Part shown: one piece after another, positions 23,901-35,170 of the stretch
Layout: every line of letters starts with the position of its first letter
Position numbering within the stretch: position 1 is the first letter of the stretch
Assembly (NCBI GenBank): GCA_040954595.2
Contig: CM082592.2
Coordinates: 1,674,001 to 1,738,000 of the forward strand
Source of the DNA: Balanoglossus misakiensis
Taxonomy: Eukaryota > Animalia > Hemichordata
DNA length: 64,000 nucleotides
Direction of reading: 5' to 3'
Program-made: the position numbers and the translations under genes
Notes under the pieces: generated by a model
Told to the model about the DNA's origin: nothing
Seen by the model: the letters and a program-made list of their open reading frames with translations, nothing else
Database searches by the model: none

Positions 23901-26395
23901 GATCCGAATAATCCGGGGAACGAACTCTCAAGCGACGTTCATGTTGAAATACAGAAAGTGGGAGATATGTATTCAGTACACGCACGGTGGGACGTTATTG
24001 ACTTGGAAAGTCCAATCACAGAGAATATATGGGCCATTGGTACTGTTAAAGGTAATTTAAAAAGAAATTATTTCAACAAAAGAAATACAGAGACAAAGCC
24101 ATCATGCATAATTATTTGTATTAGACAAATACCATAATGTTGTTTTGTATATTGTCCCAGTAAATGTGTGTGGTGCCATTTCCGCAAACTATATAACCTA
24201 AGAACTTCTATAATAACACAATTTTCAGATGGTAAACCCTGATGTGATTAATTGTTCCATTCAACAGGTGGAACTCAGCTACAAGGTTTCACGTCGACTG
24301 GTTGGAAAACGTCAGGAACATGTTACGACTTGGCGCTTTTTCAGGGAACGCAGGTCTACGTCACCGTTGTAACAAGAAACGCGGCAGAACTTGAATCTGT
24401 CATTTATTTTGATGCCATTGTGGTCGATGCTACGCCTCCACTTTTGTGTTGTGCAAAGGTAAATTCTTCCACAAAGACACTGCTTGCAATTTTATTTTAC
24501 AATTTGAAAGTTCGGTTTGTGTGATATTTTTCAAATTTCGGCATTTCCCTTCCTGTATTAATTTTGTTCAGTTGCCAAGACACACTTTTCGTTTCTGTAT
24601 CGTGTATTCACATATTATTCATAACACCATATTTCGCTTTTTTACGATCTTAATGCAACCAGGATGGCGACGTTGAAGAAGATATTGACCATCAGAATTC
24701 ACCGATATTATCAATTCACTGGTCAGTCAGTGAGCCAGAGAGCAGAATGAACTATTGTGAAGTGGCTGTTGGTGAGGACAATTTACAATTTTATATGCGA
24801 TACAGTTCAAATATATCAAATGGGTATACACTATGGGCATCGTTTCATTGATTGACTTGTTTGTAGAGAGCTCGCGACCTCCAACATCATTCCTGAAGGC
24901 CTTAAATGTCTTCTACCTTTCATCCTCCAGGACTAAGCCCAGGTTCTGCAGAAATTCAAGACTTCAAAATTTCTGAAACAATCAACCACACAAAGATTGA
25001 CGTCACTGGTCGTATTCACCATTGACAAACGCTGTTCTCAACCATCCGTTGCCACAACTACATAGGCTTAACAAGCACAATCTCAACCGATGGTGTTACT
25101 ATGGTGACCGATTCGCCTGTAGCAGACAACGCAGTGGTGCAGTTGACAACACCATCAGCAACTTACTATCCTACGAGAGGGGATCATCAGTCAATAACAA
25201 ATGTCGTTTATTTCGCTTGGCAAGGATTTAGTGATTTGGCTGGCATATCTCATTACCAGGTACCTACTCTTACTCATAAATGTTACTAAATTAATTATTA
25301 TATTTGTAAATGTCTATATTCAAATAGTTTAGCGCCAGGTCTGCCATTCATATTTTTCTCTGTGATTTTAGTTCACGGTGCAAAATAAAGACAGACGAAT
25401 TCTCGACTGGAGCAATATTGGTGAAGATGGTGAAATGTTTGCATTGCTACAAGGTGTTCGTCTTCATTCTTACGAATCTTATGAACTGGTTGTCAGAGCT
25501 GTGAACTATGTTGACTTGTACAGCGAAGGCGTTGCCGTCAATCTTACTATTGAAACGGAGCCGCCTGTCATCACAGGTGACATAAGCATAGCTAAAATTT
25601 ATTGTAATTTTAGTTTAACTAATATTTAATTAATATATAGTAATGTGGGAGGGCCGGATAACAGTGTTTATCTAGATGTTGCAGCATACTGATCAATGTA
25701 TATAATATCTGGATAGACGTTCAGGTATTGACAAGTATACACCACCTACACATGTGATATTCCTCAAATTAGAATGGCAACATTTGCAAGGTTATACTGT
25801 TCACCCGCTACATTAGCTGTTGTTACTTAAAACGATGTCACTCGATGATCGCTCACTGCAAATTGACATTCATTTTTAATTTTAATTTCGAGACAATTTG
25901 TCTCCGAACCCCTTTTCCCAATTTTACGAGAGACTAAAGCTTGCTTGAGACAAAAATAGGAGAATATGTTTGAGACTTGGATTTTCGAGGCATTTACTAT
26001 TTTAATCCGGGAGATCAGATGTACAACCCGTTTTTGTCTCTGGTTGATTGCGTTTTGACTGCACTCAAACTGCCTTTGTACGCCAACCCTTGTGTACTCA
26101 TTCCATGATACCTTCGTCCGTTCTTAACACAGAATATATATCCATCACGTGGTTGTCTAATGATAGATTGCATTTAGACTGGACTGGTGCCTTTATCAGC
26201 AACTCAACCCTCGTATACGAGCTGACTGTTGGCACAGACTACTCTAGCAGCGACGTGGTGCAATGGTTGGAAACCGCGGAAACTCAGATGACAGTGGGTG
26301 GCGTTGATCCGTCCAAGGAGTACTACACGGTTATCACAGCCATAAATGAAGCCGGACTGTACAACTCTAACAACTATGTTCTTGCCTGTTGTTGA
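20957..26395 (+). CDS. FN3-like repeat protein, exons 18-29 in window (C-terminal part)
   Basis: Exons 20957-21100, 21239-21369, 21454-21592, 21801-21955, 22100-22343, 22750-23337, 23839-24051, 24268-24458, 24663-24771, 24931-25259 (contains TGA), 25372-25576, 26133-26395. All phases are mutually compatible. Ends YYTVITAINEAGLYNSNNYVLACC*. Confidence 0.88.
22875..23870 (+). other. DUF642/CBM4_9-like galactose-binding-type beta-sandwich domain within the FN3-repeat protein
   Basis: ENVLINPSFEE..W..AKDGDSFLML..ISQVFQTVVGEKYEASFYAS..WQLHHYYFLA..TSLTIGS..IALDGVEV follows the NLxxNxxFE...SQ..G..Y..F...W..F.A...D.V.V pattern of this fold (recognised by eye). Confidence 0.68.
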
Positions 26396-26799
26396 CGAAT
26401 CATCGTAAATATAGAACTAGTATTAGGAAGAGAGCTTTTACTTTGCCTGATATTAGTGAACTTCTAATTCTATGAGAATTATCAAATAACATGATGTTTA
26501 CTTTCAAAGCTAATTAAGATGTTCAATCTTTAGAGAAAACAAATAATCCAAATATCATACTGGAGAATATTCATGCACGCAACATTCTTATCAAATTCAT
26601 GTTCAGTTAAATACGTCCATTGTATTTCCGTCCGGCTGTCACAATGCTTGTCATTTATAGAGCTTGTCATTGCGGCTACATGCAGATTTTTAGAAATACT
26701 TTCAAGCCGTGTAGATTTTATGTGTGAATAAATTAAATGCCAGAATGACTGCAAACGTCGTTATTTGTCTATGATTTCTCTGTAAAGTAGATGACGCCA

Positions 26800-27237
26800 T
26801 ATCTTAAAAATACACACCACTTTGCAAAGCAATCTGACCAGTACTTCTTGAGTTACTGAGTTTTGACCAAATTCACAATTTTCCAGCTAATTTGCATATT
26901 TTTGGCGATGACACCTTCATTTGAACAAACTACCATCTACAGCCCAGCCTGCATCTGCACACCAAATATCAAGGTGATACACACAGCGGTTTTCAAGTTT
27001 TTGATGTGGACGGACATACAGACATACATCCATCCATACATCCATCCATCCATACATACAGACGCAACCAATCCCATAAGGTCCCATTGCATATACCAAT
27101 GGGACCTAAAAAGCGCGTCAAGGACACGGTGGTCCCATTGAGTGATTACACAAGAAAAAGTCTACACCGGAGTACATGGCCATATACAGACAGACAGACA
27201 CACACACACATAGCGAGAGATCAATGGGCAAACACTG
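26800..27237 (+). mobile_element. Helentron-associated (HINE/DINE-1-like) element, 3' part
   Basis: (CATC/CATA)n microsatellite followed by hairpin ggtcccattg..caatgggacc and taaaaa. Similar to 40700-40989. 27113-27237 matches 44030-44147. Confidence 0.7.
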
Positions 27238-29506
27238 GAGTGTTGCTTGTTCAATTTATGCTAATAAGATCAAAGTATTAGTTTTGTTACTAATCAAATG
27301 ATTTTTTAGTGAACATGTATTCAACTTGTGTGATTTTAGACAAAATTCTGCTGTGTTTTTTTAATCTTTTTGACAGATATGAATTGATTCTGCAGTGTCT
27401 GCACTTCATTGATAATACCACTGTTCAACAGAATAGAGAAGCTGATGACTTCGATCCGTTATACAAGATACGACCAGTGTATGACATAATCACCAAGCAA
27501 TTCGGGGAAGTCTATACTCCAACAAAGTGCCTCAGTTTGGATGAGGCCATGATTCCATGGAGAGGAAACCTCTCCATGCGTGTATATATCCCAAGTAAGC
27601 CCGACAGATTTGGCCTCAAAGCCTACTCCGTGAACGAGGCCACTTCTGCTTATACCTTAGGCTTTGAGGTATACACCGGCAAATGGTTTGACCCATTCCC
27701 AGATGCTGATGAGATTGAAAAAGATGAAGGGCAGTCATATAAGATCGTTATGGGGCTGTTGTCTAAGTGCAACCTGCTAGACAAAGGGCACAGCGTTTAC
27801 ATGGACAGTTATTATATGAGTCCTGTACTGTCTGATGCCCTTGCTAGCAGGGATACCACCGTAGTCGGCACAACCAGAGCCAACCGAAAAGAAATGCCAC
27901 AAGCCTTCAAGAATACGAAACTGCAGAAGGGACAAGCTGTTTGGCGGCGACGTGGTGACCTGCTTGCCCTCAAATGGCATGACAAGAGGGATGTCACTGT
28001 GCTGTCTAACACCCACACAGCTACCTGGGGATATGATGGCAAGACAACCGACAGAGATGGCCTTCCAGTACTCAAACCTACAACAGTTTTGGAGTACAAC
28101 AAGTACATGGGAGGCACTGATCTTGCAGACCAACTATGTCGGTACTACCCTCTGCTGAGAAGACGCAACAGATGGTACCGTAAATTATTCTTCAGCCTGC
28201 TGGGTCTCCTCATCACGAATGCATACATTCTGTGGAAAAAGTGTGCACCAGACGAGAATGCGAGACGGATCAGCCATGCAGTTTTCTGACAAAGGGTCAT
28301 GGAGCTGCTGATAGAAAGCGCTGTTGCTGCTCCAACGCCAGTGGAAAACCCCAGGTCAAGGCGTTCCACTGGCTTCAATCTTCGACGCCTAACCGAGCGC
28401 CACTTCCCCTCAAAGATACCCCCAAAAGAGGGAGCAACCAACCCATCTCCCTTGAGAGAGTGTCTTGTTTGCAAGCAACGACTAAAGGGAACTGATTACG
28501 AAGTGCAATACCAACGGGAACACCAGCATTCCAGAGTGCGTTACCCTTTGACGAGATACGAGTGTCGTAGGTGTGGTGTTTCTCTGTGCATTGACAAATG
28601 CTTTGAAATCTACCACACCTACAAAAATTATCACACAATAGATCCTGCAACATGGTTTCCAGCTGAGGAATGAATACATCAACGTAGACAAAATAATGAA
28701 TGCATGAAAATGAACATGAAAAGCACAAGCACAGAGTGCTATATGTATAATGCAAATGTACCACTATTTCATACTGCAAATGTAAAAAAATGTGTCTTTA
28801 TTTTTCAAAGTAACAAGGTTCACTTTTACTGAATTGATTGTACGTAGCTGTTTTTCAACCAATATAACTGCAGACGTGTTTCATTTGATCTGCAAAATAA
28901 TCAAAAGAAATTTCTTGTTCACTACTGAGTGCTCATCACTGCATTGACCTTCAGCTTTCAATTTGATAATATGGCATATTTCTTCACCGTTTAGTTTCTA
29001 TATTTATCAAACCCACTTCTGAAATTTGTAGGATAGTACTTGTCACAAATATCCAGGCACTATGTGCTAGTATTTTGCCAACCAATGTAGTTTTGTTGCA
29101 CGGAAATGTCACTTACCTGTCTCTTCATCTTGTGTGAGAAGAAATGTTTTTTTTTATATAATAATTTATTTTTTATTTATACAATTTGTATATTTCAGTT
29201 AACTAATTTCTGTGTGTTATGTGTCTCTTATCACATCACACAGCAACCGAATAAGGTGAATTTCCAGAATTTTTTGCTTTTTAAAGGAATTTTCTCATTT
29301 TATGGTTACCATGGTTACCAGAAATAGAAAATAATAAAGTATCAATGTTTTTAATGTAACATATGTGTCATCAATGAAACTTTGTCTGTCTATTTTTGAT
29401 GCAAAATAACTTTAATGAAGGTATAGTGGACTGCTGTGATAATGCAAAAAAGTCCTGGGCCTAGGGGGTCTGACACATGTAAAGTCTATGGCACCTTAAG
29501 GGTTAA
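27238..29506 (+). mobile_element. piggyBac transposon, 3' half with right terminus
   Basis: Transposase exon followed by terminus ..ccttaaggg (ends 29502) and TTAA at 29503-29506. The left half is missing. Confidence 0.88.
27377..28673 (+). pseudogene. piggyBac transposase last exon (DDD + Cys-rich domain) with one in-frame TGA at 28287-28289
   Basis: Acceptor tttttgacag at 27376. Catalytic triad LDEAM, MDSYY, MGGTDLADQ, plus RWYRKLFF. After the stop the same frame gives ECLVCK..YECRRCGVSLCIDKCFEIYH. Confidence 0.9.
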
Positions 29507-29509
29507 TTC

Positions 29510-30260
29510 ATATTTTGTTATAGCTTTATCAATACCAGTGAATTTTGTGACGTCATACCTATACATTATTACTGATAATGTATCGTGTTATTCGATGGAC
29601 GCGCGACGCGCCCAAGAACCAGTGGACGTGTACAATTTCCGACTGAATAACGGAGGATTTCAAACAATTAAATGCGAACATTTTAAGGGGTAAAAAAAGA
29701 AATGCAAACAAAAACAGAATAAATACAGCGATATTTATTAATTTCCAAACCTGGCCTCGACTGGCGATTTGTTTATTTTTTTCTTCCTACTGTGTCGGTA
29801 CATGTCGTCTGCTCTTGAATCACGCGCAGTCAACATGACTCGCTCACGCACGTAAAGCAAACCTCTCGATGATGCTGGATTTGACATTCGTTCACCATAC
29901 ATACCGTGTACCATGTACCAAGCAGTCATGTCAACGAAGCTATACGTAAAAAAAATTAATAAACCTTCATTATTTATTTCCTGATGTTTGAATATGATAC
30001 TAGAAATGTACAGTACACTGACACACTGGGATCAGGTGACCTTTTGTTTACGCGTACGCCATTGCTCTGTTCTCGATCTCCGTGTCCGAGTCTGAATTGT
30101 TCGCACCTATAGTTTTTGAAGTCTGCAAATTCACTGGCATTGACAAAACTGTAAAATAATGAGAATAATGAACGCCCCAAAGACCCATACTGGACTCAAG
30201 CACACATTGTGCTCCATAATGTATTCGGCTTCGTCTTTGGGGCGTTCATTATTCTCTAAA
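29510..30260. mobile_element. Crypton-type non-autonomous element
   Basis: tcaataccagtgaattt (~29530) pairs with aaattcactggcattga (~30128). Terminal hairpin gagaataatgaacgccccaaagac / gtctttggggcgttcattattctc at 30161-30256. Confidence 0.55.
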
Positions 30261-30359
30261 CAATTGTATGGCTGAGCACGTTGCTTTGTTGTTTGTGTAC
30301 ATACATGTACAAAGTATTGAGCATATAATTATTTTGATTAGCTGTTTGTGAAAGTGATT

Positions 30360-30595
30360 ATGTGATGTTGTGAAGGGTTTCAGCTCCATCGTACATGTAG
30401 TTAGGGAGAAGAAGATTTTTACCAAAACTTACTTTTTTAGATCTAATTTGCATATTCATGACCCCATCAAATCCAAATTAACAAAATCAGTTAAGGGCAC
30501 CATAGCACACAGTCCAACCAAATTTCAGCTAAATATGCCAAGTTGTTTTAAAGAAGAAGATTGAAATACCAAAAGTTGACGGACGACGGACGGTT
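30360..30595 (+). repeat. HINE-like repeat fragment
   Basis: Contains ..gaagaagattttt.., aatttgcata, caaatttcag and a terminal ggacgacggacgg microsatellite typical of these elements. Confidence 0.5.
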
Positions 30596-30779
30596 TCCTT
30601 TCTTGATGAGATCAGTATGCCAAAAACTGGAATCCAAAAAAACACTCAATATCTTGCCCATGCTGTTGAACTTGTTTATACTGTCAGGAATCCTGTTTGT
30701 GAGTAGTTTTATATCTGAAATTCAAGTTATTTTATTTAGTTTGACCAGAAGTCGCTTGGCGGTTGATCTCACGGGCCAT

Positions 30780-31708
30780 GTAACAGCAGGCGCATGTTAT
30801 GATGTCATTACCAATATTTTTTTTAAAGGTAAATTTGATTTTTCAGATGCACCTGAGGGGTTAGTGGAATTTTCTTTTGATAATGAACAACGTCTTTCTA
30901 TAAATTACATTAACAGAAATGGTTACGTAATTCAGTTACTTTGGATATTTTTACTAACATTATTGCTTCTCAGCTGGACCCAGAATCATCACTGCAATAT
31001 GATTCTGGGTTGAAGCCAAGTCAGTGGCAGAAGGTTTCAGAGACAGATGTTTCCAATACAGAGGACAGCAAGTATGATGAGTTTGCTTCATTTGTCAAAG
31101 AGTCCATTGCTTCTTATGTTGATAATTTAATTTTATCTTCTGTAGCCACTATCAATGTAGATAATACACCACAGACTGACTATACTGACACATACAACAA
31201 AAACAACAGACTGACAGCGTCGAGATTTACCCCAAGTGTGGTTTCACTCACACAAAGGGCAAATCGAGAATTGCTAAGTGTCGAGGTTGTGGCATTTGGA
31301 TGGGTAAGTATAGGAAGGAGATGAGAAGAGAGAAGAGATCGACCTTTATTTCACCAGGCAGAAGACCAATTAAAAAGAAGAAGGGAACCAGTTGGTGAAG
31401 TAAAGATTGATCACGTGGGCAAGCAAACTACCAGAATTGTTCAAAGCCCCCAAAACAAGCAAATAAAGCAAACATTTCTGTTATGTCCCCTATTTTTGTA
31501 AATCCTAATTGTCTCGAATCAGTGAAAGAAATTCTTAATCACATTGGTAAACTTGCAAAAATCAAACAATATTTTAATCATGGTGAGGGCAATGGAGATT
31601 GTACATATAGGGAATGGGTTATAATCAGGTGTGATGGCTTGCCATATGTAATTATCCGGAAAATTTTATCAGAAGATCATGAGGGAATATTTTCATGGGT
31701 TGTTTTAA
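30780..31708 (+). pseudogene. Degraded DDE transposase fragment, Academ-like (divergent lineage)
   Basis: Frameshifted pieces FSFDNEQR..DIFTNII..MSPIFVNPNCLESVKEILNHIG..REWVIIRCDGLPY..WVVL. Cut at TTAA 31705-31708 by a Kolobok-type insertion just before the expected GxxH motif. Confidence 0.5.
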
Positions 31709-31965
31709 GGATGTGCGTTCAGTAAAATTGAAAGTATTGTCATATTTTTTAAATGTGGATTTTTGGATTCTCCTTTGTATGTATAATGAAAATCCGTAAT
31801 AAAATATAGGGGTCACCATGCTTGTTTATGAAATACAGAGCCATGAATTTAGTCGATAATAAAAGAAAACTGCTGACTCAGCATTTTTCACGAATGGTTT
31901 GTCTATGGGCAAATTTTTTAACGCAATTTATCTCAAAAAAGAGTGCGGTGACCCCTATATTTATG
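31709..31965 (+). mobile_element. Kolobok-type MITE, left part
   Basis: ttaa|ggatgtgcgttcag... highly similar to 33666-33920. Truncated on the right. Confidence 0.7.
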
Positions 31966-32091
31966 TTTGTGTCATTAACGAATACATTTTTGTGTTCATG
32001 AACACCATTTGTGTGTTCATACAATTTATCAACACTAGATGGCGCTCTGCAATTTTCTTTGTCTTTAAAACACGAGGACCCCAACATCCCT

Positions 32092-32823
32092 GGCCGAGTT
32101 CTATTGTGACCCGAGTAGCGACCCGAGTAGCTAGTGCTGGCGTCATCCCGTTCTAGTTAGCATGCGCATAAGCGTAAACCGGGAGATTTCAAACGAACGA
32201 CGTCTACTTGCAACTCGCGTAAACAAACATGGCGACTGAGTTCGAAGATTTCTTGGTTTTGCGTAATTTTTTTGAGGATTTTGATGAATCTTTAGATTCT
32301 GCGGCAGTTTTGCAACTTCGGATAAATACTGCCATCATTGCCTCTCTGAGCTGTTTTTTTGCGCCGAAAATACGTTCCGAAGATAAAAAAATTTGCCTCA
32401 GTTATCAAGGAATTTCAAAAAACCGTACATACTCCATTAAAAAAAATCTGATCCAGTGATCGTCACCTGATTTTGTCGTCGTCACACGTAAACAATACGA
32501 CTTTTATTCAAAAATATCCGAAATACGTACACCCTGTATTGTAACAATTATGAAAATTGCTTTAAAATTAGTGCAATGACATCGTTTACTGCGATTTTCC
32601 CCGAAAATAGCAAAAAACCCTAATATTTATTTTTACTTACGGTTGCCCTGTCGCCATTTTGTTGAGTTCCAACCCCAGCAACCTTGCTCCTGACGCGAGA
32701 CAGGCCCGGGTTAAGTTCAAAGGTCATATGACGTAATTTGCGTCATCAGCGTAGCAACTCGGAGTCGTTCGATTGCAACGCGCGCGACTCGGGTCGCTAC
32801 TCGGGTCGCAATCGAACTCGGCC
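32092..32823. mobile_element. PIF/Harbinger-like internally deleted element
   Basis: TIRs ggccgagttctattgtgacccgagtagcgacccgagt / actcgggtcgctactcgggtcgcaatcgaactcggcc. GGCC termini. Internal ATG in aacATGGcg context (32229). TSD unclear. Confidence 0.55.
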
Positions 32824-33665
32824 CCAAGGACTAGAGTCTGTATCATAATGAAAACAGGGCTTATTATTTGAAATGTTACCAATCCTTTATAAAGTTAATC
32901 ATGTATATCCTGTGTCCACTCAATGGATAAACAAAATTTGAGATTGACTTCAAGGGAATACCAGTAAGATCACAATTCCCAGCAATGGGTATAGGGCTTT
33001 GTTGTGTCAGTGGCATCATGGCTAGGCATTGGCAAAGTGGACAACACAAGGGTAGATATTACTAATACCGAACCAGGAACGCAACAAGAGACAAGATACT
33101 GAGTAAATACAGAGGTACACTTACATATAGAAAATGTAGCAAAAACATAAAAACTGTAATTATAAGTAAGCCCCTGTACAGTAGCATTGTCTTAATTTTA
33201 TCTATATATACATGTACATATTTAGCCCCATAGTTTATGCAAAGGAGGGGAGGGGGATTTTTGGAGAGAAAAATGCTGACAGATGGTGTAGAGGAAAAAA
33301 AATCTGCAATATTAATGACTTGAGAAAAATATGTTCAAACACAGATTGTCACAAAAGATGGTAAATCTCATTCTTATTGTCTGAGCATTTTTGTCATTTA
33401 AATTGACACTACACAGGGGCTTAAATATTCAATTTGCTTTATGCTGGCATTCATGCCACAAATTTAAATTTTGTTTTTAGAGTGATATACACATGATATA
33501 CAAATCCTCTACCTCTCCAGTATATTATAGTGTTGCAATAAAGAAATATAATAATAAATTAATATGATAAGTCAATACAATGGTTGGTAGAATTGGTAAA
33601 ACAAAGGAAGTGAAGGAGTGGGTATGGGAGGGGTGTAAAATACGGAGCTCAAAGTTGGATTTTAA

Positions 33666-34060
33666 GGATGTACATTCAGTAAAATTGAAAGTATTGTTTT
33701 TTTTTTTAATCGTGGATTTTTGGATTCTCCTTTGTACGTATAATGAAAATCCATAATAAAATATAGGGGTCACCGCGTTTGTTTTTGAGTTACAGAGCTA
33801 TGAACATAGTCGATAATAGAAGAAATCTGCTGACTCAGCATTTTTCACAAATGGTTTGTCTATGGGCAAATTTTTTAACGCAATTTATCTTAAAAAAGAG
33901 TGTGGTGACCCCTATATTTTATTTGACCAATGAATTTATATTTGCTGGACTTAGTTATGTTTAACATTTCGTGAAAATGACAACAGTAGAAGTTTGTTTT
34001 CTGGCGATTATCAATGTAATCCTATGGGAAAAAGACGGTTTATGTTCTGCGCATACATCC
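33666..34060 (+). mobile_element. Kolobok-type MITE, complete
   Basis: TTAA at 33662-33665 and 34061-34064. Termini ggatgta.. / ..tacatcc. Confidence 0.75.
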
Positions 34061-34884
34061 TTAATGAACTCAAAAACAAATCTACTCAATGTTAGCATCC
34101 GTGGGGGTGGGGTGGCAAGTACTCTGCCCTGGTACGCTAGATAACCCAGCTAATAAATGAAATGTCAGTGGCGAAGAATGAAGGACGGTGTAGAAAATTT
34201 TGGAAAATAAAGGGCTCAAAACTGCATTTTTGTGGACTCAAAACCAAAGGGGGCAAAAGCATGTGACCCCCCCCCCTAAACGTTTAAAAAAAAAGATGAC
34301 CCCCCCTCCTTTTGGATATCAAAATTTATGTGACCCCCTGGATTTTGCTGCCCGCCCCAACCCCCCCCCCCCCTGACCCCCACCCCGCGCCGTCAAAACT
34401 GGACGGTCCCAAAGCACAGGCTCTGCAGTAGTCAGAGATTCGTGTGGCCATAAGCACAGGCTTGTATAAATAATATATCAATTGCACCAGGAAATTGGCT
34501 TAGTAGAGTGGTTTGGCGCAGTAACCCACCTTGCTGCACTTATGTAGCCCAACAACTTCCCATGACAATTTTTGTTTTAGACGTCCAAAACAAAAATTGT
34601 CAAGGGGAGTCATGGGGCTATAAAACTGGACAGCATTAACCAACCCTGTAGTAGGTAAACTAACAATTTCTATACCCGTCCATTTTTACTTTAGCCGCTA
34701 TAAACGATCCAGAATTTTTACTCAAATGCTTTATCCATTTTCGGACAGCTCTCAGTTTTGGCTTAAATACGAATGTTTACTGATTAAAGACGAATGCAAT
34801 TGATCAACCTCTAAATGAAATGTGTGACATTTTGCAAACGATAAAACTGTATCTGAATCCGAAGACGAATCCCACTCAGCATCG

Positions 34885-35170
34885 TCTGCTTGAAATATTA
34901 CAGAGCGCCATCTAGTGTCGAAAAGTGTATGCTTGAAATATTGCAGAGCGCCATCTAGTGTTGAAAAGTGTATGCTTTAAATATTGCAGAGCGCCATCTA
35001 GTGTTGAAAAAGTGTATCAACATAAACATGGTTTTCATGAACACAAAACTGTATTCGTTGAGACAAAAATGATTTTTATGAACTCAAACATAGATTTCAT
35101 GAACACAAAAATGTTTTTCATGAACACAATAATGGTTTTATTGAATTTTGCAACAGTTGGCTTGCCATAG
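34885..35170. repeat. Unclassified element end with three 43-bp tandem units and ~21-bp ttcatgaacac repeats; inverted relative at 31965-32055
   Basis: gcttgaaatattgcagagcgccatctagtgttgaaaagtgtat x3, ttcatgaacacaaa repeats, ends gcttgccatag. Confidence 0.65.

Larger units (their letters stand above)
6751..26395 (+). pseudogene. Multi-exon gene for a large uncharacterised FN3-like repeat protein with DUF642/CBM-like domain; 3' 29 exons; probably disabled
   Basis: 29 exons bounded by AG/GT, about 6090 nt in total. Splice phases are all compatible except at exon 10454-10605 (+1 frameshift) and across the Academ insertion (phase 0 to phase 1). In-frame TGA at 25023-25025. Recurrent repeat consensus SDG(V/I)xVDxxPPxxGxVxDG..DxDYQ..WxGFxDxESGIxxYxxxIGTxPG. 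Stop TGA at 26393-26395. Confidence 0.85.

Noticed and set aside
26381-26395. C-terminal CC as a Rab-type prenylation signal
   Set aside because: The protein looks extracellular and is not a GTPase. The motif needs REP recognition of a Rab fold.
19476-28289. Three in-frame TGA-C codons (19476, 25023, 28287) as evidence of a variant genetic code or selenocysteine
   Set aside because: TGA also terminates the same genes (26393, 28671), the positions do not look like Cys/Trp sites (Gly or Arg expected where it can be judged), and two of the three ORFs also carry frameshifts.
27377-28673. Domesticated PGBD gene or fusion to the upstream FN3 gene
   Set aside because: The right TIR and TTAA are retained, a nonsense codon is present, and the FN3 gene has its own stop at 26395.
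34885-35130. Regularly spaced 43-bp and ~21-bp repeats as a CRISPR array
   Set aside because: Units are head-to-tail with no unique spacers, there are no cas genes, and the context is eukaryotic.
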